Shown here in pieces: positions 16,539 through 25,431 of a stretch of DNA of 35,608 nucleotides. The notes under the pieces are model-generated. The model ran no database searches. It had not been told where the DNA came from and was given only the letters and a program-made list of their open reading frames with translations. Within the stretch, counting starts at the first letter, position 1. Every line of letters starts with the position of its first letter. Source of the DNA: Mariprofundaceae bacterium (GTDB lineage: Bacteria; Pseudomonadota; Zetaproteobacteria; Mariprofundales; Mariprofundaceae); NCBI GenBank assembly GCA_027018975.1, contig JALUXN010000275.1, positions 1-35,608 of the forward strand. The letters are read 5' to 3'. Both the position numbers and the translations under genes were made by a program.

Positions 16539-17769
16539 TTCCACCCTCAACCATGCCATCCCCCGCCCGCTGCAGCTGCGCATAAAAGAATCCATCATGC
16601 TCGGCCGCCGGCAGCAGTCTCTGCATCTGCTCGGGTGCCGCGCGCCCGGCGACCACATTCTCATTCTCCTGCCGATGAATCGAGCAGACGGCGTAGAGCA
16701 TCGCCGCACCCGGCTTGAGCAGGCGCAACGCCTCATCGACCATCGCCCGCTGCACACCGGCCAGCTGCGCCACATCCTCGCTGCTGTGCAAAAACTTCGC
16801 ATCGGGATGACGGCGCAGAATACCGGAGGCGGAACAGGGTGCATCGAGAAACAGCCCATCGACCGAGGCATCGGCAAAAGGCAGCGTCGTTGCATCGGCC
16901 TGCATGATCGTCACATTGCGGCAATCCAAACGATCGAGATTCTCCGCCAGCCGCGCCATGCGCGATGCCTGCCGCTCCACGGCGACAATCTCAGCCTGCG
17001 GAAAACGGTGCGCCAACAGCGCCGTCTTACCGCCCGGCGCTGCACAGAGATCGAGCAACAGCGATGGCGGCTTCGATGGCGCATAGGCCATCACCGCCGC
17101 CTGCGCCGCCTGATCGATCACACAGAACGCGCCGTCATCAAAGCCCGGCAGCGTGGTCACATCGCAGCCGGACGGCAACAGCACAGCCAGCGGCGACAGC
17201 GCCCCGGCCGCCGCACGAATCCCCATACGCCGCACATCCGCCATCCAGCGTTCACGATCGACAAACACCGCCAGCGTCAATGGTGGCGGAGACTGGCACA
17301 CCTGCGCCAACTGCTGCACCGCATCGGCACCAAAATCATCACGCCACGCGGCATAAATCCACTGCGGCAGCTCCGCCCGCTGATAGGGTTTTAACTTGGC
17401 CGGAGGTGCCTGCTCAGCAACCCGCCGCAGCACTGCATTGACAAAACCGGCTGCCGCCGGCTGCAGCGCCTTCACCGCCTCCACCGTAGCCGAGAGCGCC
17501 GCATAGTCCGGCAACTGCATCCGCCGCAACTGATAACAGCCCACCAGCAACGCCGCCTGCGCCAGCGCATCGGGCTTAGCTTTGGTAAATCGTGAATAAT
17601 CGGTCTGCAGAGAAAAATAGTGGCGCAACACGCCATAAACCAGCTCGTAGAGCCAACGCCGCTGCTGCGCCGACAACCCTGCCGCCTCAGCCTCCATCGC
17701 CACCACAGCCTTCTGCCGCCGCTGCAACACCCGCACCACAATCGCCACCGCTCGCCTACGCAACATCAT
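16525..17769 (-). CDS. rsmB: 16S rRNA m5C967 methyltransferase (Sun/RsmB)
   Basis: NusB-like N-terminus (ELVYGVLR, GFVNAVLR), LDLCAAPGGKT, DAPCSASGILRRHPD, YAVCS...ENE, HDGFFYA. Confidence 0.93.
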   Translation of the reverse strand: MMLRRRAVAIVVRVLQRRQKAVVAMEAEAAGLSAQQRRWLYELVYGVLRHYFSLQTDYSRFTKAKPDALAQAALLVGCYQLRRMQLPDYAALSATVEAVKALQPAAAGFVNAVLRRVAEQAPPAKLKPYQRAELPQWIYAAWRDDFGADAVQQLAQVCQSPPPLTLAVFVDRERWMADVRRMGIRAAAGALSPLAVLLPSGCDVTTLPGFDDGAFCVIDQAAQAAVMAYAPSKPPSLLLDLCAAPGGKTALLAHRFPQAEIVAVERQASRMARLAENLDRLDCRNVTIMQADATTLPFADASVDGLFLDAPCSASGILRRHPDAKFLHSSEDVAQLAGVQRAMVDEALRLLKPGAAMLYAVCSIHRQENENVVAGRAAPEQMQRLLPAAEHDGFFYAQLQRAGDGMVEGGNGGG

Positions 17770-17957
17770 GCCAAAACGCTATCGGCTGCCGCGCCAAAAA
17801 GCATCCGGGCGCAATCCATCGCATCACCTACGCAGATGCTTCATTGACACCCACCCGCCACAGCTCCTACCTTTCGATTATCCAAGCGATGACAATTGAT
17901 GCATTTAACCGACATGATTGACCTATTGCTTGGCCATTACACCATTTTGGAGGGAAC

Positions 17958-18323
17958 ATGAAAAAAAGCATCATCATCTGTGCCGCTGCGGTAGCCATGA
18001 TGTCACTATCTGGATGCGCTACCATCTTGAAAGGAAAAACGCAGAAAGTGAATATCAACACATCCAACGGCGCTAAGATTCAAGCCAACGTCGATGGGCA
18101 GACTGTCCAGCTACCGAATGTCGTGGAGGTGAAGCGCCATAAAGATCCACTGATGATCACCACCAGCAACGAGAACTGCACACAATCCACTGTCGTCAAC
18201 AATGAAGTTGAGCCAGCCTTCTGGGTCAACATTCTCTCCGGCGGCGCGTTCGGTTCCACCACCGACTACGCCACCGATTCCATGTGGAAATACGACGAAA
18301 ACATCACCGTCCACTGTAACTAA
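17958..18323 (+). CDS. Small lipoprotein of unknown function
   Basis: RBS GGAGGG; signal peptide with lipobox LSG^C, then ATILKGKTQKVNINT; FWVNIL...DYATDSMWKY tail. Confidence 0.8.
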   Translation: MKKSIIICAAAVAMMSLSGCATILKGKTQKVNINTSNGAKIQANVDGQTVQLPNVVEVKRHKDPLMITTSNENCTQSTVVNNEVEPAFWVNILSGGAFGSTTDYATDSMWKYDENITVHCN

Positions 18324-20162
18324 TTGCTCACACCCATCATCAAGGGCGGCCTCTTCGCCACCCTTTTTTGCTTGTTTGTGAGTCACTGCGCAGCCGGCGA
18401 GATCACCCTCTCGCCGGCGCGTTTGTCTGAACTGGCGAATCACACCGCATGGCGCGCACTGCTCCACGCCAACAGCGCCAATCACAGCCGCATCCACGAT
18501 CCACACTTCTTCCTCGCCACTCCGCCCTTTAACGCCAAAAACGAACTCATCGCCACATTACGGGGATTTCAACAACCGGCATCGCTAGCCGACAAACACC
18601 CGATCTGCCGCTTCCCCGCCCGCTTTCAGTGGTTAAGTCGGCAGCTGCAACTATCGCGCGCCAGCTTTCCACAGCCGGACTGCCAGCAATACCACCACTT
18701 TCTGAACAAAGTGCCCGCGAATCAGATCGAACTGGTCTTCGCCTCAAAAAATGTCGTCAGCCCATCCAGCATGATGGGGCACGTCTTCCTCAAGCTCGCC
18801 GGCAAACGCAGCGATGGCCGCCATGCCGAGCATGCGGTCACCTACTTCACACTACTGGATTCATTCAACGTACCGAAAATCGTCTATCAGAACTTTGCCG
18901 GAGGCATGCAGGGCTACTTTGCGCTCCAACCCTATCGCCGCCTGAAAGAGAACTACCTGCAGCGGGAATACCGCAACATTTGGGAGTACCAACTCACCCT
19001 CCAAGCTTGGCAACGCGACATGATCCGCGCCCATATCTGGGAACTGAAGGACATAGATAGCGACTATATGTTCGCCGCTTACAACTGCGCCACGCTCACC
19101 TGGTACTTCATGCAGATTGTTGCGCCCGAAGCGTTTGCCCACTACCCCAAACTGTGGGTCAGCCCGATCGATGTCATCAAAACAGCCAGCCGCCACCAGC
19201 TGATCCGCAGTACACGAGTAGTCACCTCCAACCGTTGGAAAATCCAGATGTTGCTCGATCAGAGCGGCATCGCCAGTAGTACCCTGAAATCACAGCTGGC
19301 GGCCATCACACCCGAGCAGGCCACTGCGGCGATCCAAGCACTACCGCCCGCCAACCGCCTACTGGCGCACGCCTATCTCGACTATCTGCAACAGAGTAAC
19401 CCCGCCGCGCTAGAGCAGTTCCCTGCCGCCGATGCCATCCAGTCGGCACTCAATCGGCAGAGTGCCGACTACCAGATCGATTACAGCCACTACAAACAGC
19501 CCACCCGTGTGCCGGGCAACATGCAGCTACGCATGGAAACAGGGCGCAGCTCTCTGCGCGGCAATTTTGCCGGATTGGCGTGGCTACCTGCCGCCAATCG
19601 CCTGACCGACGATCAGCGGCAATTTTTCTCCGCCAATGAACTCCGCCTTGGCGAGCTCTCCGCCCGCCTCTATCAGGGCGGTCACCTCCAGCTTGAACGC
19701 GCTACCCTCTATGCGGTCAAAAGCCTTTCACCATGGAATGGACTCACCCACAACATCTCCGGTCAATGGCAGACTGGATTCACGCGCCAATTCGATGGCC
19801 AACTGCATGATCATCTGGTCTATCAGCTCTCCGGCGGCATCGGCTACAGCGCCAAACTGACGCCGGATCTCCTCATCTACGGCCTCTACAACATCGGCGG
19901 CGCATTCAATACGGCCACCGCCTACCTCTACCACTATCCGGAGGCGGGGCTATTCATCGATGAAGTATTCAACATGAAAACGTCTGTTACCTACGAAGCG
20001 CGATTCAACAACTACGGCGACAAACAGCGGCAGGACAACATCCGCGCCTGCCAATCCTACTATCCCGACACCAACATCACGCTGCTGGCCTGCTACCGCC
20101 ACGCCCGCAATCACCACGCCAGCTACAGCGAAGGCAACCTACGCTTCCAGATCCATTTTTAA
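18324..20162 (+). CDS. DUF4105 (Lnb N-terminal-like, papain/NlpC-P60 fold) domain protein with a probable C-terminal beta-barrel
   Basis: TTG start abutting the upstream TAA; signal peptide; CRFPARFQWL, SMMGHVFLKL, RNIWEYQL, YMFAAYNCA; amphipathic beta strands ending in LRFQIHF. Confidence 0.8.
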   Translation: MLTPIIKGGLFATLFCLFVSHCAAGEITLSPARLSELANHTAWRALLHANSANHSRIHDPHFFLATPPFNAKNELIATLRGFQQPASLADKHPICRFPARFQWLSRQLQLSRASFPQPDCQQYHHFLNKVPANQIELVFASKNVVSPSSMMGHVFLKLAGKRSDGRHAEHAVTYFTLLDSFNVPKIVYQNFAGGMQGYFALQPYRRLKENYLQREYRNIWEYQLTLQAWQRDMIRAHIWELKDIDSDYMFAAYNCATLTWYFMQIVAPEAFAHYPKLWVSPIDVIKTASRHQLIRSTRVVTSNRWKIQMLLDQSGIASSTLKSQLAAITPEQATAAIQALPPANRLLAHAYLDYLQQSNPAALEQFPAADAIQSALNRQSADYQIDYSHYKQPTRVPGNMQLRMETGRSSLRGNFAGLAWLPAANRLTDDQRQFFSANELRLGELSARLYQGGHLQLERATLYAVKSLSPWNGLTHNISGQWQTGFTRQFDGQLHDHLVYQLSGGIGYSAKLTPDLLIYGLYNIGGAFNTATAYLYHYPEAGLFIDEVFNMKTSVTYEARFNNYGDKQRQDNIRACQSYYPDTNITLLACYRHARNHHASYSEGNLRFQIHF

Positions 20163-21061
20163 GATTCGCTACGCTTGCCCGCGCGGGGATGGGTGCGATC
20201 ATAGACTTCGGTCAAGGCGGTGATATCCAGATGCGTATAGCGCTCGGTGGTCGCCAATGAGGCGTGACCAAGCAGCTCTTGGATGGCGCGCAGATCGACT
20301 CCACCGGCCAACAGATGTGTGGCGAATGAATGGCGCAAGCGATGCGGTGTTACCGAAAGATCGGCGCCCGTCAACAGCGCCCGCTGCTTTAACATCCGCT
20401 GCACACTGCGCGCCGACAACCGCCCGCCGCGCTGGTTCAAAAACAGGGGTTGATCGCTGCCGGCATCTGCGCCACGCGCGTTCAGATAGTCGCGCAGATA
20501 TTGACAGGCGCCATCCGGCAGCGGCACCAGCCGCTCCTTGCGCCCCTTGCCGAGCACGCGGAGTTCTGCTTGATGCAGATCCAAGTCGCACACACACAAC
20601 CCCACCACCTCGGAGACACGCAAACCGCAACCATACATCACCGCCAATAGCGCCAGATCGCGCAGCTCGCTGCTCGATGCGGTGGACTGCATCAGCGCAG
20701 CGGTCTGCTCCGGCGGCAGTGTGCGCGGCAGCCGTTTCGGCTGTTTGGGGGGACGCATCCCGGCCGCCACATTGGCGCTGCACGCACCCATCTCAACCGC
20801 TGCATCAAAAAAGCTCTTCGTCGCGGAAAGCCGCCTCGCCAGTGTTGCAGCAGAGCGCCCCGCAGCATATTCATCGACCAACCAATCCTGCACATCCTGC
20901 CGTGTCACATCCCGCAACAACCGACCCGCGCCACAATGGTGTACAAAGCGCGTCAGATCACGCCGGTATGCAGCAACTGTATGCGCGGAGGCTATGCGCA
21001 CATCGCGCAGCTGGCGCAGAAACGCCTGCACCGCTTGCTGAAGAGTCAACTCAGCCTGCAT
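20159..21061 (-). CDS. xerC: Tyrosine recombinase XerC
   Basis: Start at MQAELTL; SAHTVAAYRRDL, YGCGLRVSE, GKGRKERLVP, HRLRHSFATH, QELLGH, TERYTH, YDRTHPRA; downstream of a DUF484 gene as in yigA-xerC. Confidence 0.88.
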   Translation of the reverse strand: MQAELTLQQAVQAFLRQLRDVRIASAHTVAAYRRDLTRFVHHCGAGRLLRDVTRQDVQDWLVDEYAAGRSAATLARRLSATKSFFDAAVEMGACSANVAAGMRPPKQPKRLPRTLPPEQTAALMQSTASSSELRDLALLAVMYGCGLRVSEVVGLCVCDLDLHQAELRVLGKGRKERLVPLPDGACQYLRDYLNARGADAGSDQPLFLNQRGGRLSARSVQRMLKQRALLTGADLSVTPHRLRHSFATHLLAGGVDLRAIQELLGHASLATTERYTHLDITALTEVYDRTHPRAGKRSES

Positions 21062-22154
21062 CCGGATCGGCAATCTCAAAACGATTGCCGCCCAAAGCCT
21101 TAGCGACATACATCGCCTGATCAGCCTGCGCGATCAAATTTTTCACCGTCATCTCGGCACTGCGTGAAAAAGCGATACCCATACTGATGGAGACAGTGAT
21201 GGAATCGATCTGCGCCGCGCAGATCGCTTCCACAATGCGCTGCGCCACCTCCATCACCTTCTCCCGTGCACAGCCGGGGATCAGCAGGACAAACTCATCG
21301 CCACCCAAGCGAATCAGTGGATCATTGGTGCGCACATACTGGTGCAGCACCCGTCCCACCATCTCCAGCACACGATCCCCCATCTCATGGCCATACTCGT
21401 CATTCACCCGTTTGAAACGATCCACATCGACATAGAGACAGGCCACGTCACTGCCCGCGCCAAACCACTGCGACAACGGCTGATGACTATGCGGCTGCAA
21501 AAAACGGCGATTATGACTGCCCGTCAACGGATCGGTGATCGATAGACGCGCGAGATGCTCCCGAGCCACAGCATGCTCCAGCGTCAGCCCCACAACTTGC
21601 GCCAGATGCTGCAAAAAATCGCTGCTCTGCTCGGCGCCGAAGCGATCACCATCAATCGAGCCGAGACCGATCACGCCGAACGGCTTGTCCAGATCACCCA
21701 GCACCAACAACGCCATCGAGCCCAAGTGCTTATCTTTGCTGGTCAACCAATCAAAAGGCTGATCACTGGAGAGACGCATCAACCAGGCGCGCTTACGATG
21801 CAGCCCCATCTGCGCAATCTCACCGGCCTCCAGCCATACCAGATCCCGTTCCGAAAGCGCCTCCAGCGTATGCTCACCCAGAAAACTGGAGCGATCGATC
21901 CAGAAGCGGACGAAATCGAGCTCAAACCTGCTGCGCAACGAACGCAGCAGTGTGAAGCAGAGATCCTCGGGATCGGTCGATTTCAGCACCTCAGCTTCCA
22001 ACTCAAACATACGCGCAAACAGCCGCTCATTATCCCGCAACCGCTGCATCACCTCGCCGACATAGGCTTTCAGCTCACGATTTTCATCTGCCAACTGTTG
22101 AAAACGGCGCGTGGAGATATCCTCAATATTGTTGGACTTCGACGCTTTAGACAT
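21051..22154 (-). CDS. Diguanylate cyclase with an N-terminal DUF484 (YigA-like coiled-coil/GAF) domain
   Basis: N-terminal coiled coil (LADENRELK...RDNERLF), GVIGLGSIDGDRF....SSDFLQHLA (DUF484-like), TDPLTG, DVDRFKRVNDEYGH, RTND I-site, RLGGDEF, ADQAMY. Confidence 0.85.
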   Translation of the reverse strand: MSKASKSNNIEDISTRRFQQLADENRELKAYVGEVMQRLRDNERLFARMFELEAEVLKSTDPEDLCFTLLRSLRSRFELDFVRFWIDRSSFLGEHTLEALSERDLVWLEAGEIAQMGLHRKRAWLMRLSSDQPFDWLTSKDKHLGSMALLVLGDLDKPFGVIGLGSIDGDRFGAEQSSDFLQHLAQVVGLTLEHAVAREHLARLSITDPLTGSHNRRFLQPHSHQPLSQWFGAGSDVACLYVDVDRFKRVNDEYGHEMGDRVLEMVGRVLHQYVRTNDPLIRLGGDEFVLLIPGCAREKVMEVAQRIVEAICAAQIDSITVSISMGIAFSRSAEMTVKNLIAQADQAMYVAKALGGNRFEIADPDAG

Positions 22155-22156
22155 GA

Positions 22157-23449
22157 CTACAGACTCTCCTCGATCAAGATTTTCCAGCCCTGATTAGCGC
22201 CGCGTCGAACCCAGTAGAGCCGTTTACGGCTCACATCCTGATAGTTGTTGGATCGGTAGTGTTGATCAAACTCGGCCACCACCACCTCCCCCTCCGGCCA
22301 ATGATTAGGGTCATGAATGAGCGTCAGATGATCGATCGCGACTGCGATGTGCGACTTGGTGGCATTGACGCGCCGTTTGTAGCGCTTCCATGCTGCCAAA
22401 TCACCGCGTTCATTGCGGAACTTGACATCATAATGGGCAAGATAGGCCTCGGTATTGAGCGACGCCCAGTCGCTACGCCACTGCTCCAGCGCTGCCATGA
22501 GGGATTGACGCAGCTGCTGCTTTTTTTTCGTGTGATCAAACTGCAACTGTTCGCCGATGATCACCCAGCTGTGCTGCAACTCGATCTGCTTGGCCAGCTG
22601 CAACAGACGATCATTGGGCAACGAAAAACAGCCGCGCGTATCCTTCGGTGGCCGGCGACTTACATGGGTGGCATAGCCGTGCAACCAAATCCCGTCGCCA
22701 TCCTTACCATGGAGACGATCCAACGCATTGGGATAGTCGATCGGAAAAGCAACCGGTCCATAGCGCGCCTCCAGCGACGCACCCCGCAACACCCGGACAA
22801 AACGATAGATACCATTGGGCGTCTTGCCATCGCCACGTTGCTGCTTATCACCGGAAACCGCACCGGTCACCACATACTCATCATCCACCTTACGCCACTT
22901 TCCATCTGCGTCCGGCGCAAAGAGATAGAGACGGCTGTTCGCCTTATCGACCATAAACAGATTAGCAATATTGCCGGGCTCAAGCAGATCAAAGGGGAGC
23001 AGATCCTGATCATCCAGCGTGGAGACAAATGACTGCAGCCGCGCATCCGCCTCGCCCAAACCCTCGCTAAGATCCGCACTGGCCAGCAACATCGCCGGAC
23101 GCTGCAGCGGAGGCGAAGAGGTCTCAGCTTTATGAATCGCATCGACCGCCAATTGGCGATGCAGCTCTGCTTTCAGCAGCGCTATCAGCGGATCACCATC
23201 TGCTGATGCCGACTCTAACAGCTGCAGCCCCTGCATGGGGTGATCAAAATGGAGTGCCAATGTTGCCTGCAGAATCGTCCGATCCGGCTTGGAGAGCTGC
23301 TGTGCCGGCCCGTCTGCATGGCGCAATGCTTGCGCAGCCTCCGTTAAACTATCCGCATGGCCAGGCACGGCGGTATAGGCACAAAGCGCGATCTGCAGCG
23401 CAGTCGCAACAATGACCGAAAAACACGATGCCAACCTGTCACAAACCAT
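22157..23449 (-). CDS. YkuD-family L,D-transpeptidase/carboxypeptidase with a C-terminal NTF2-like domain (Csd6-like)
   Basis: VDK, GDKQQRGDGKTPNGIY, YGPVAFPIDYPN, GIWLHG, TRGC; C-terminal WRSDW...YLAHY...FDQHYRSNNYQD...WKILIEE. Confidence 0.85.
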   Translation of the reverse strand: MVCDRLASCFSVIVATALQIALCAYTAVPGHADSLTEAAQALRHADGPAQQLSKPDRTILQATLALHFDHPMQGLQLLESASADGDPLIALLKAELHRQLAVDAIHKAETSSPPLQRPAMLLASADLSEGLGEADARLQSFVSTLDDQDLLPFDLLEPGNIANLFMVDKANSRLYLFAPDADGKWRKVDDEYVVTGAVSGDKQQRGDGKTPNGIYRFVRVLRGASLEARYGPVAFPIDYPNALDRLHGKDGDGIWLHGYATHVSRRPPKDTRGCFSLPNDRLLQLAKQIELQHSWVIIGEQLQFDHTKKKQQLRQSLMAALEQWRSDWASLNTEAYLAHYDVKFRNERGDLAAWKRYKRRVNATKSHIAVAIDHLTLIHDPNHWPEGEVVVAEFDQHYRSNNYQDVSRKRLYWVRRGANQGWKILIEESL

Positions 23450-23510
23450 AGGTAACTAAGTGATACAACATGGCAATCACAATACAATCAAACTCAGAGT
23501 AAAAAGACCG

Positions 23511-23828
23511 TCAACCATATCGATAGAACATCAACGACTCGACCGGCTCACCCATCTTAAAGTGTTGTTCCACGATCTGATCAATAGCCGCTTCATCGAG
23601 ATTACAGTACCAAACACCTTCAGGATAGACGACCATAATCGGCCCCTGCGCACAAACACCCAGACAACCGGCGCGGTTGACCCGCACAGCATTGGGATCA
23701 CCCACAATCAGACCTGCCTGCATCACCCGATCTTTCAGATAGTTGAGCAACGGCATCTGTTCACCGCAACTCTTGCCGCAGCAAAAAATGGCGTGCCGCT
23801 TATAGGGCATCATCGTTGGTTTCATCAC
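23511..23828 (-). CDS. Thioredoxin-like [2Fe-2S] ferredoxin
   Basis: HAIFCCGKSC, VRVNRAGCLGVCAQGPIMVVYPEGVWY, IVEQHFKMGEPVE. Confidence 0.9.
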   Translation of the reverse strand: MMKPTMMPYKRHAIFCCGKSCGEQMPLLNYLKDRVMQAGLIVGDPNAVRVNRAGCLGVCAQGPIMVVYPEGVWYCNLDEAAIDQIVEQHFKMGEPVESLMFYRYG

Positions 23829-23848
23829 TCCTCCATCACTCTTATGCT

Positions 23849-24151
23849 TTAATGATCCCTCTTCTTGTGCCAGAGCTGGAAAAAGATCGCTAAGGCTAGG
23901 CCGAACAGCCCACCCAGCGTCGCCAAGCCACCGGCAACAGAGAGGATACGCAGCAGCGGTGAAATCTGCTCACTGCCACTGCTTCTGATCTGCATAATGG
24001 CAAAACCGAATAGGGCAATGCCAATCAACACGACCACACCGTAGACGCGAATCTGTCGCTGCCATGTCTTTACAGCTTTGGCATAACAGCATGCACGACA
24101 GCGTTGAACACCATCATCCACAGCCACACCACAATCCTTACAAACAGTCAT
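23849..24151 (-). CDS. Hypothetical zinc-ribbon / two-TM membrane protein
   Basis: MTVCKDCG...CRACC followed by two hydrophobic helices; the start is uncertain. Confidence 0.6.
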   Translation of the reverse strand: MTVCKDCGVAVDDGVQRCRACCYAKAVKTWQRQIRVYGVVVLIGIALFGFAIMQIRSSGSEQISPLLRILSVAGGLATLGGLFGLALAIFFQLWHKKRDH

Positions 24152-24182
24152 CCACGCCCCCATCGCACTATTTATCCAGCTC

Positions 24183-24222
24183 TTGAGTAACAAAATGGTG
24201 AGGCTACCATTTTGTTACTCAA
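24183..24222. repeat. Perfect 17-bp inverted repeat with a 6-nt loop
   Basis: TTGAGTAACAAAATGGT-GAGGCT-ACCATTTTGTTACTCAA. Confidence 0.85.
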
Positions 24223-24270
24223 TCGTCGGGTGTTTGCAACGCGACCTGAGTCGCTATTCAGCTACATACT

Positions 24271-24391
24271 GGAACTGCTCAGATCACCCACAATTTGATC
24301 GATAGCAAGGCGCAAACGCACAGCGTGCTATGGCACATGAGTATGTCCAACGCAGCTAGCGAGCAAAGCGTGGAATGAGCTGAATGGTTAC
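24271..24391. repeat. ~120-bp imperfect palindromic element (MITE/RPE-like)
   Basis: Imperfect terminal IR GGAACTGCTCAG / CTGAATGGTTAC; inner arms CCACAATTTGATCGATAGC (24288-24306) and GCTAGCGAGCAAAGCGTGG (24355-24373) pair at 15/19; central GTGC-TATG-GCAC hairpin. Confidence 0.55.
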
Positions 24392-24402
24392 AAAAACTTG
24401 TC

Positions 24403-24433
24403 AAAAAAAAAGGAGGCCGAAGCCTCCCTTTTT
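24403..24433 (-). terminator. Intrinsic terminator of the c4 cytochrome gene
   Basis: A9-GGAGGC-CGAA-GCCTCC-CTTTTT; on the minus strand the hairpin is followed by nine T's. Confidence 0.85.
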
Positions 24434-24448
24434 CTGTGAAAAGATCAA

Positions 24449-25225
24449 TTACATGTGGCTTGGTGAACGGGGGTTACCCGGAGTCACGGGTCGCGCCAAG
24501 GTCAAGAATGCAGCTGCATTTTTGATATCTTCATCAGTCATATGCTTAGCAACCGCACGCATCTGACCCATGTAATCATTGGTACGCGCATTATCCTCTT
24601 TTTTGCCTGCTGCGATATCAGCAGCGGAGGTGTTTGCACCATTACGCCATGATTCCAGCTCATGCTTGAGGTAAACGTAGTTCTGGCCGCCAATCGCAGG
24701 ATACATGCGACCCGCGGAACGGCCATGGAAACCATGACAACTCTTACATGCAGGAATACCGCGCTCCGGCACGCCATACTCGACAATCATCTTGCCAAGA
24801 TGGGGTTTGCCCACATCTGCACCATCGCGACGCAACTGATCAAGGTTAGAACCGATATACGGTGATTTCAGGGTATGCACATAGGCAGCCATGTCCTTAC
24901 GCTCCTGAGGCGTGAGAGCTTTGGCGATATCATTCATCTGATACATAGTATCATCCGTACGTTTATCCTGAGCAAAGTCCGTGAGCTGTTTTAAGATATA
25001 GCTATCCACCTGATAAGAGAGGCGAGGCGTTCCAATACCGTCATCACCATTACCATCCACACCATGGCAACCCTGACAGGCAGGAACATTGTCACCTTTA
25101 CCATTCTGAAAAATCGCGCGACCATTATCAATATTACCGATCGCCTCTTCTGCAGATACAGTGCTTGGCGCTGCAAACCAAGCCAACATTGCGACAGCAC
25201 CGACACTACTAATCATACGTTTCAT
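24449..25225 (-). CDS. Periplasmic diheme cytochrome c4 (possible Cyc1-type of iron oxidisers)
   Basis: RBS GGAGGG before MKRMISS; signal peptide VSA^EE; CQGCH and CKSCH; PRL/YPAIGGQ motifs; Met ligands in QMNDIA and QMRAVA. Confidence 0.9.
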   Translation of the reverse strand: MKRMISSVGAVAMLAWFAAPSTVSAEEAIGNIDNGRAIFQNGKGDNVPACQGCHGVDGNGDDGIGTPRLSYQVDSYILKQLTDFAQDKRTDDTMYQMNDIAKALTPQERKDMAAYVHTLKSPYIGSNLDQLRRDGADVGKPHLGKMIVEYGVPERGIPACKSCHGFHGRSAGRMYPAIGGQNYVYLKHELESWRNGANTSAADIAAGKKEDNARTNDYMGQMRAVAKHMTDEDIKNAAAFLTLARPVTPGNPRSPSHM

Positions 25226-25289
25226 GCAATTCCCTCCCAAATTATTTGTTTTCATCATTCTTACAAGCGGATATAAAGTTTATAACGCA

Positions 25290-25431
25290 GATGGCACCGA
25301 GTGTGCCGAAAATAAGACCATATAGTTTATAAACATCGGCATTCTGGAACATCACTGAAGCTTCGATAAAGTGAGCAAGCATTTTTAAACCTCCCTAGGA
25401 TTCAATAGGATGGCATACTGCATGCCGAAAA
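25290..25431. promoter_or_regulatory. Two GATGGCA-N7-TGCCGAAAA motifs upstream of the c4 cytochrome
   Basis: 25290-25312 GATGGCACCGAGTGTGCCGAAAA and 25409-25431 GATGGCATACTGCATGCCGAAAA; each is palindromic and has GG-N10-GC spacing. Confidence 0.55.

Noticed and set aside
16539-16895. Long N-terminal extension of thiL
   Set aside because: Lies inside rsmB in another frame; ThiL homology starts at MAAGEF (16538).
20159-21061. Tyrosine recombinase as a prophage or island integrase
   Set aside because: XerC-type motifs and DUF484 linkage in a housekeeping context; no att repeat of the tRNA-Asn 3' end or phage genes seen.
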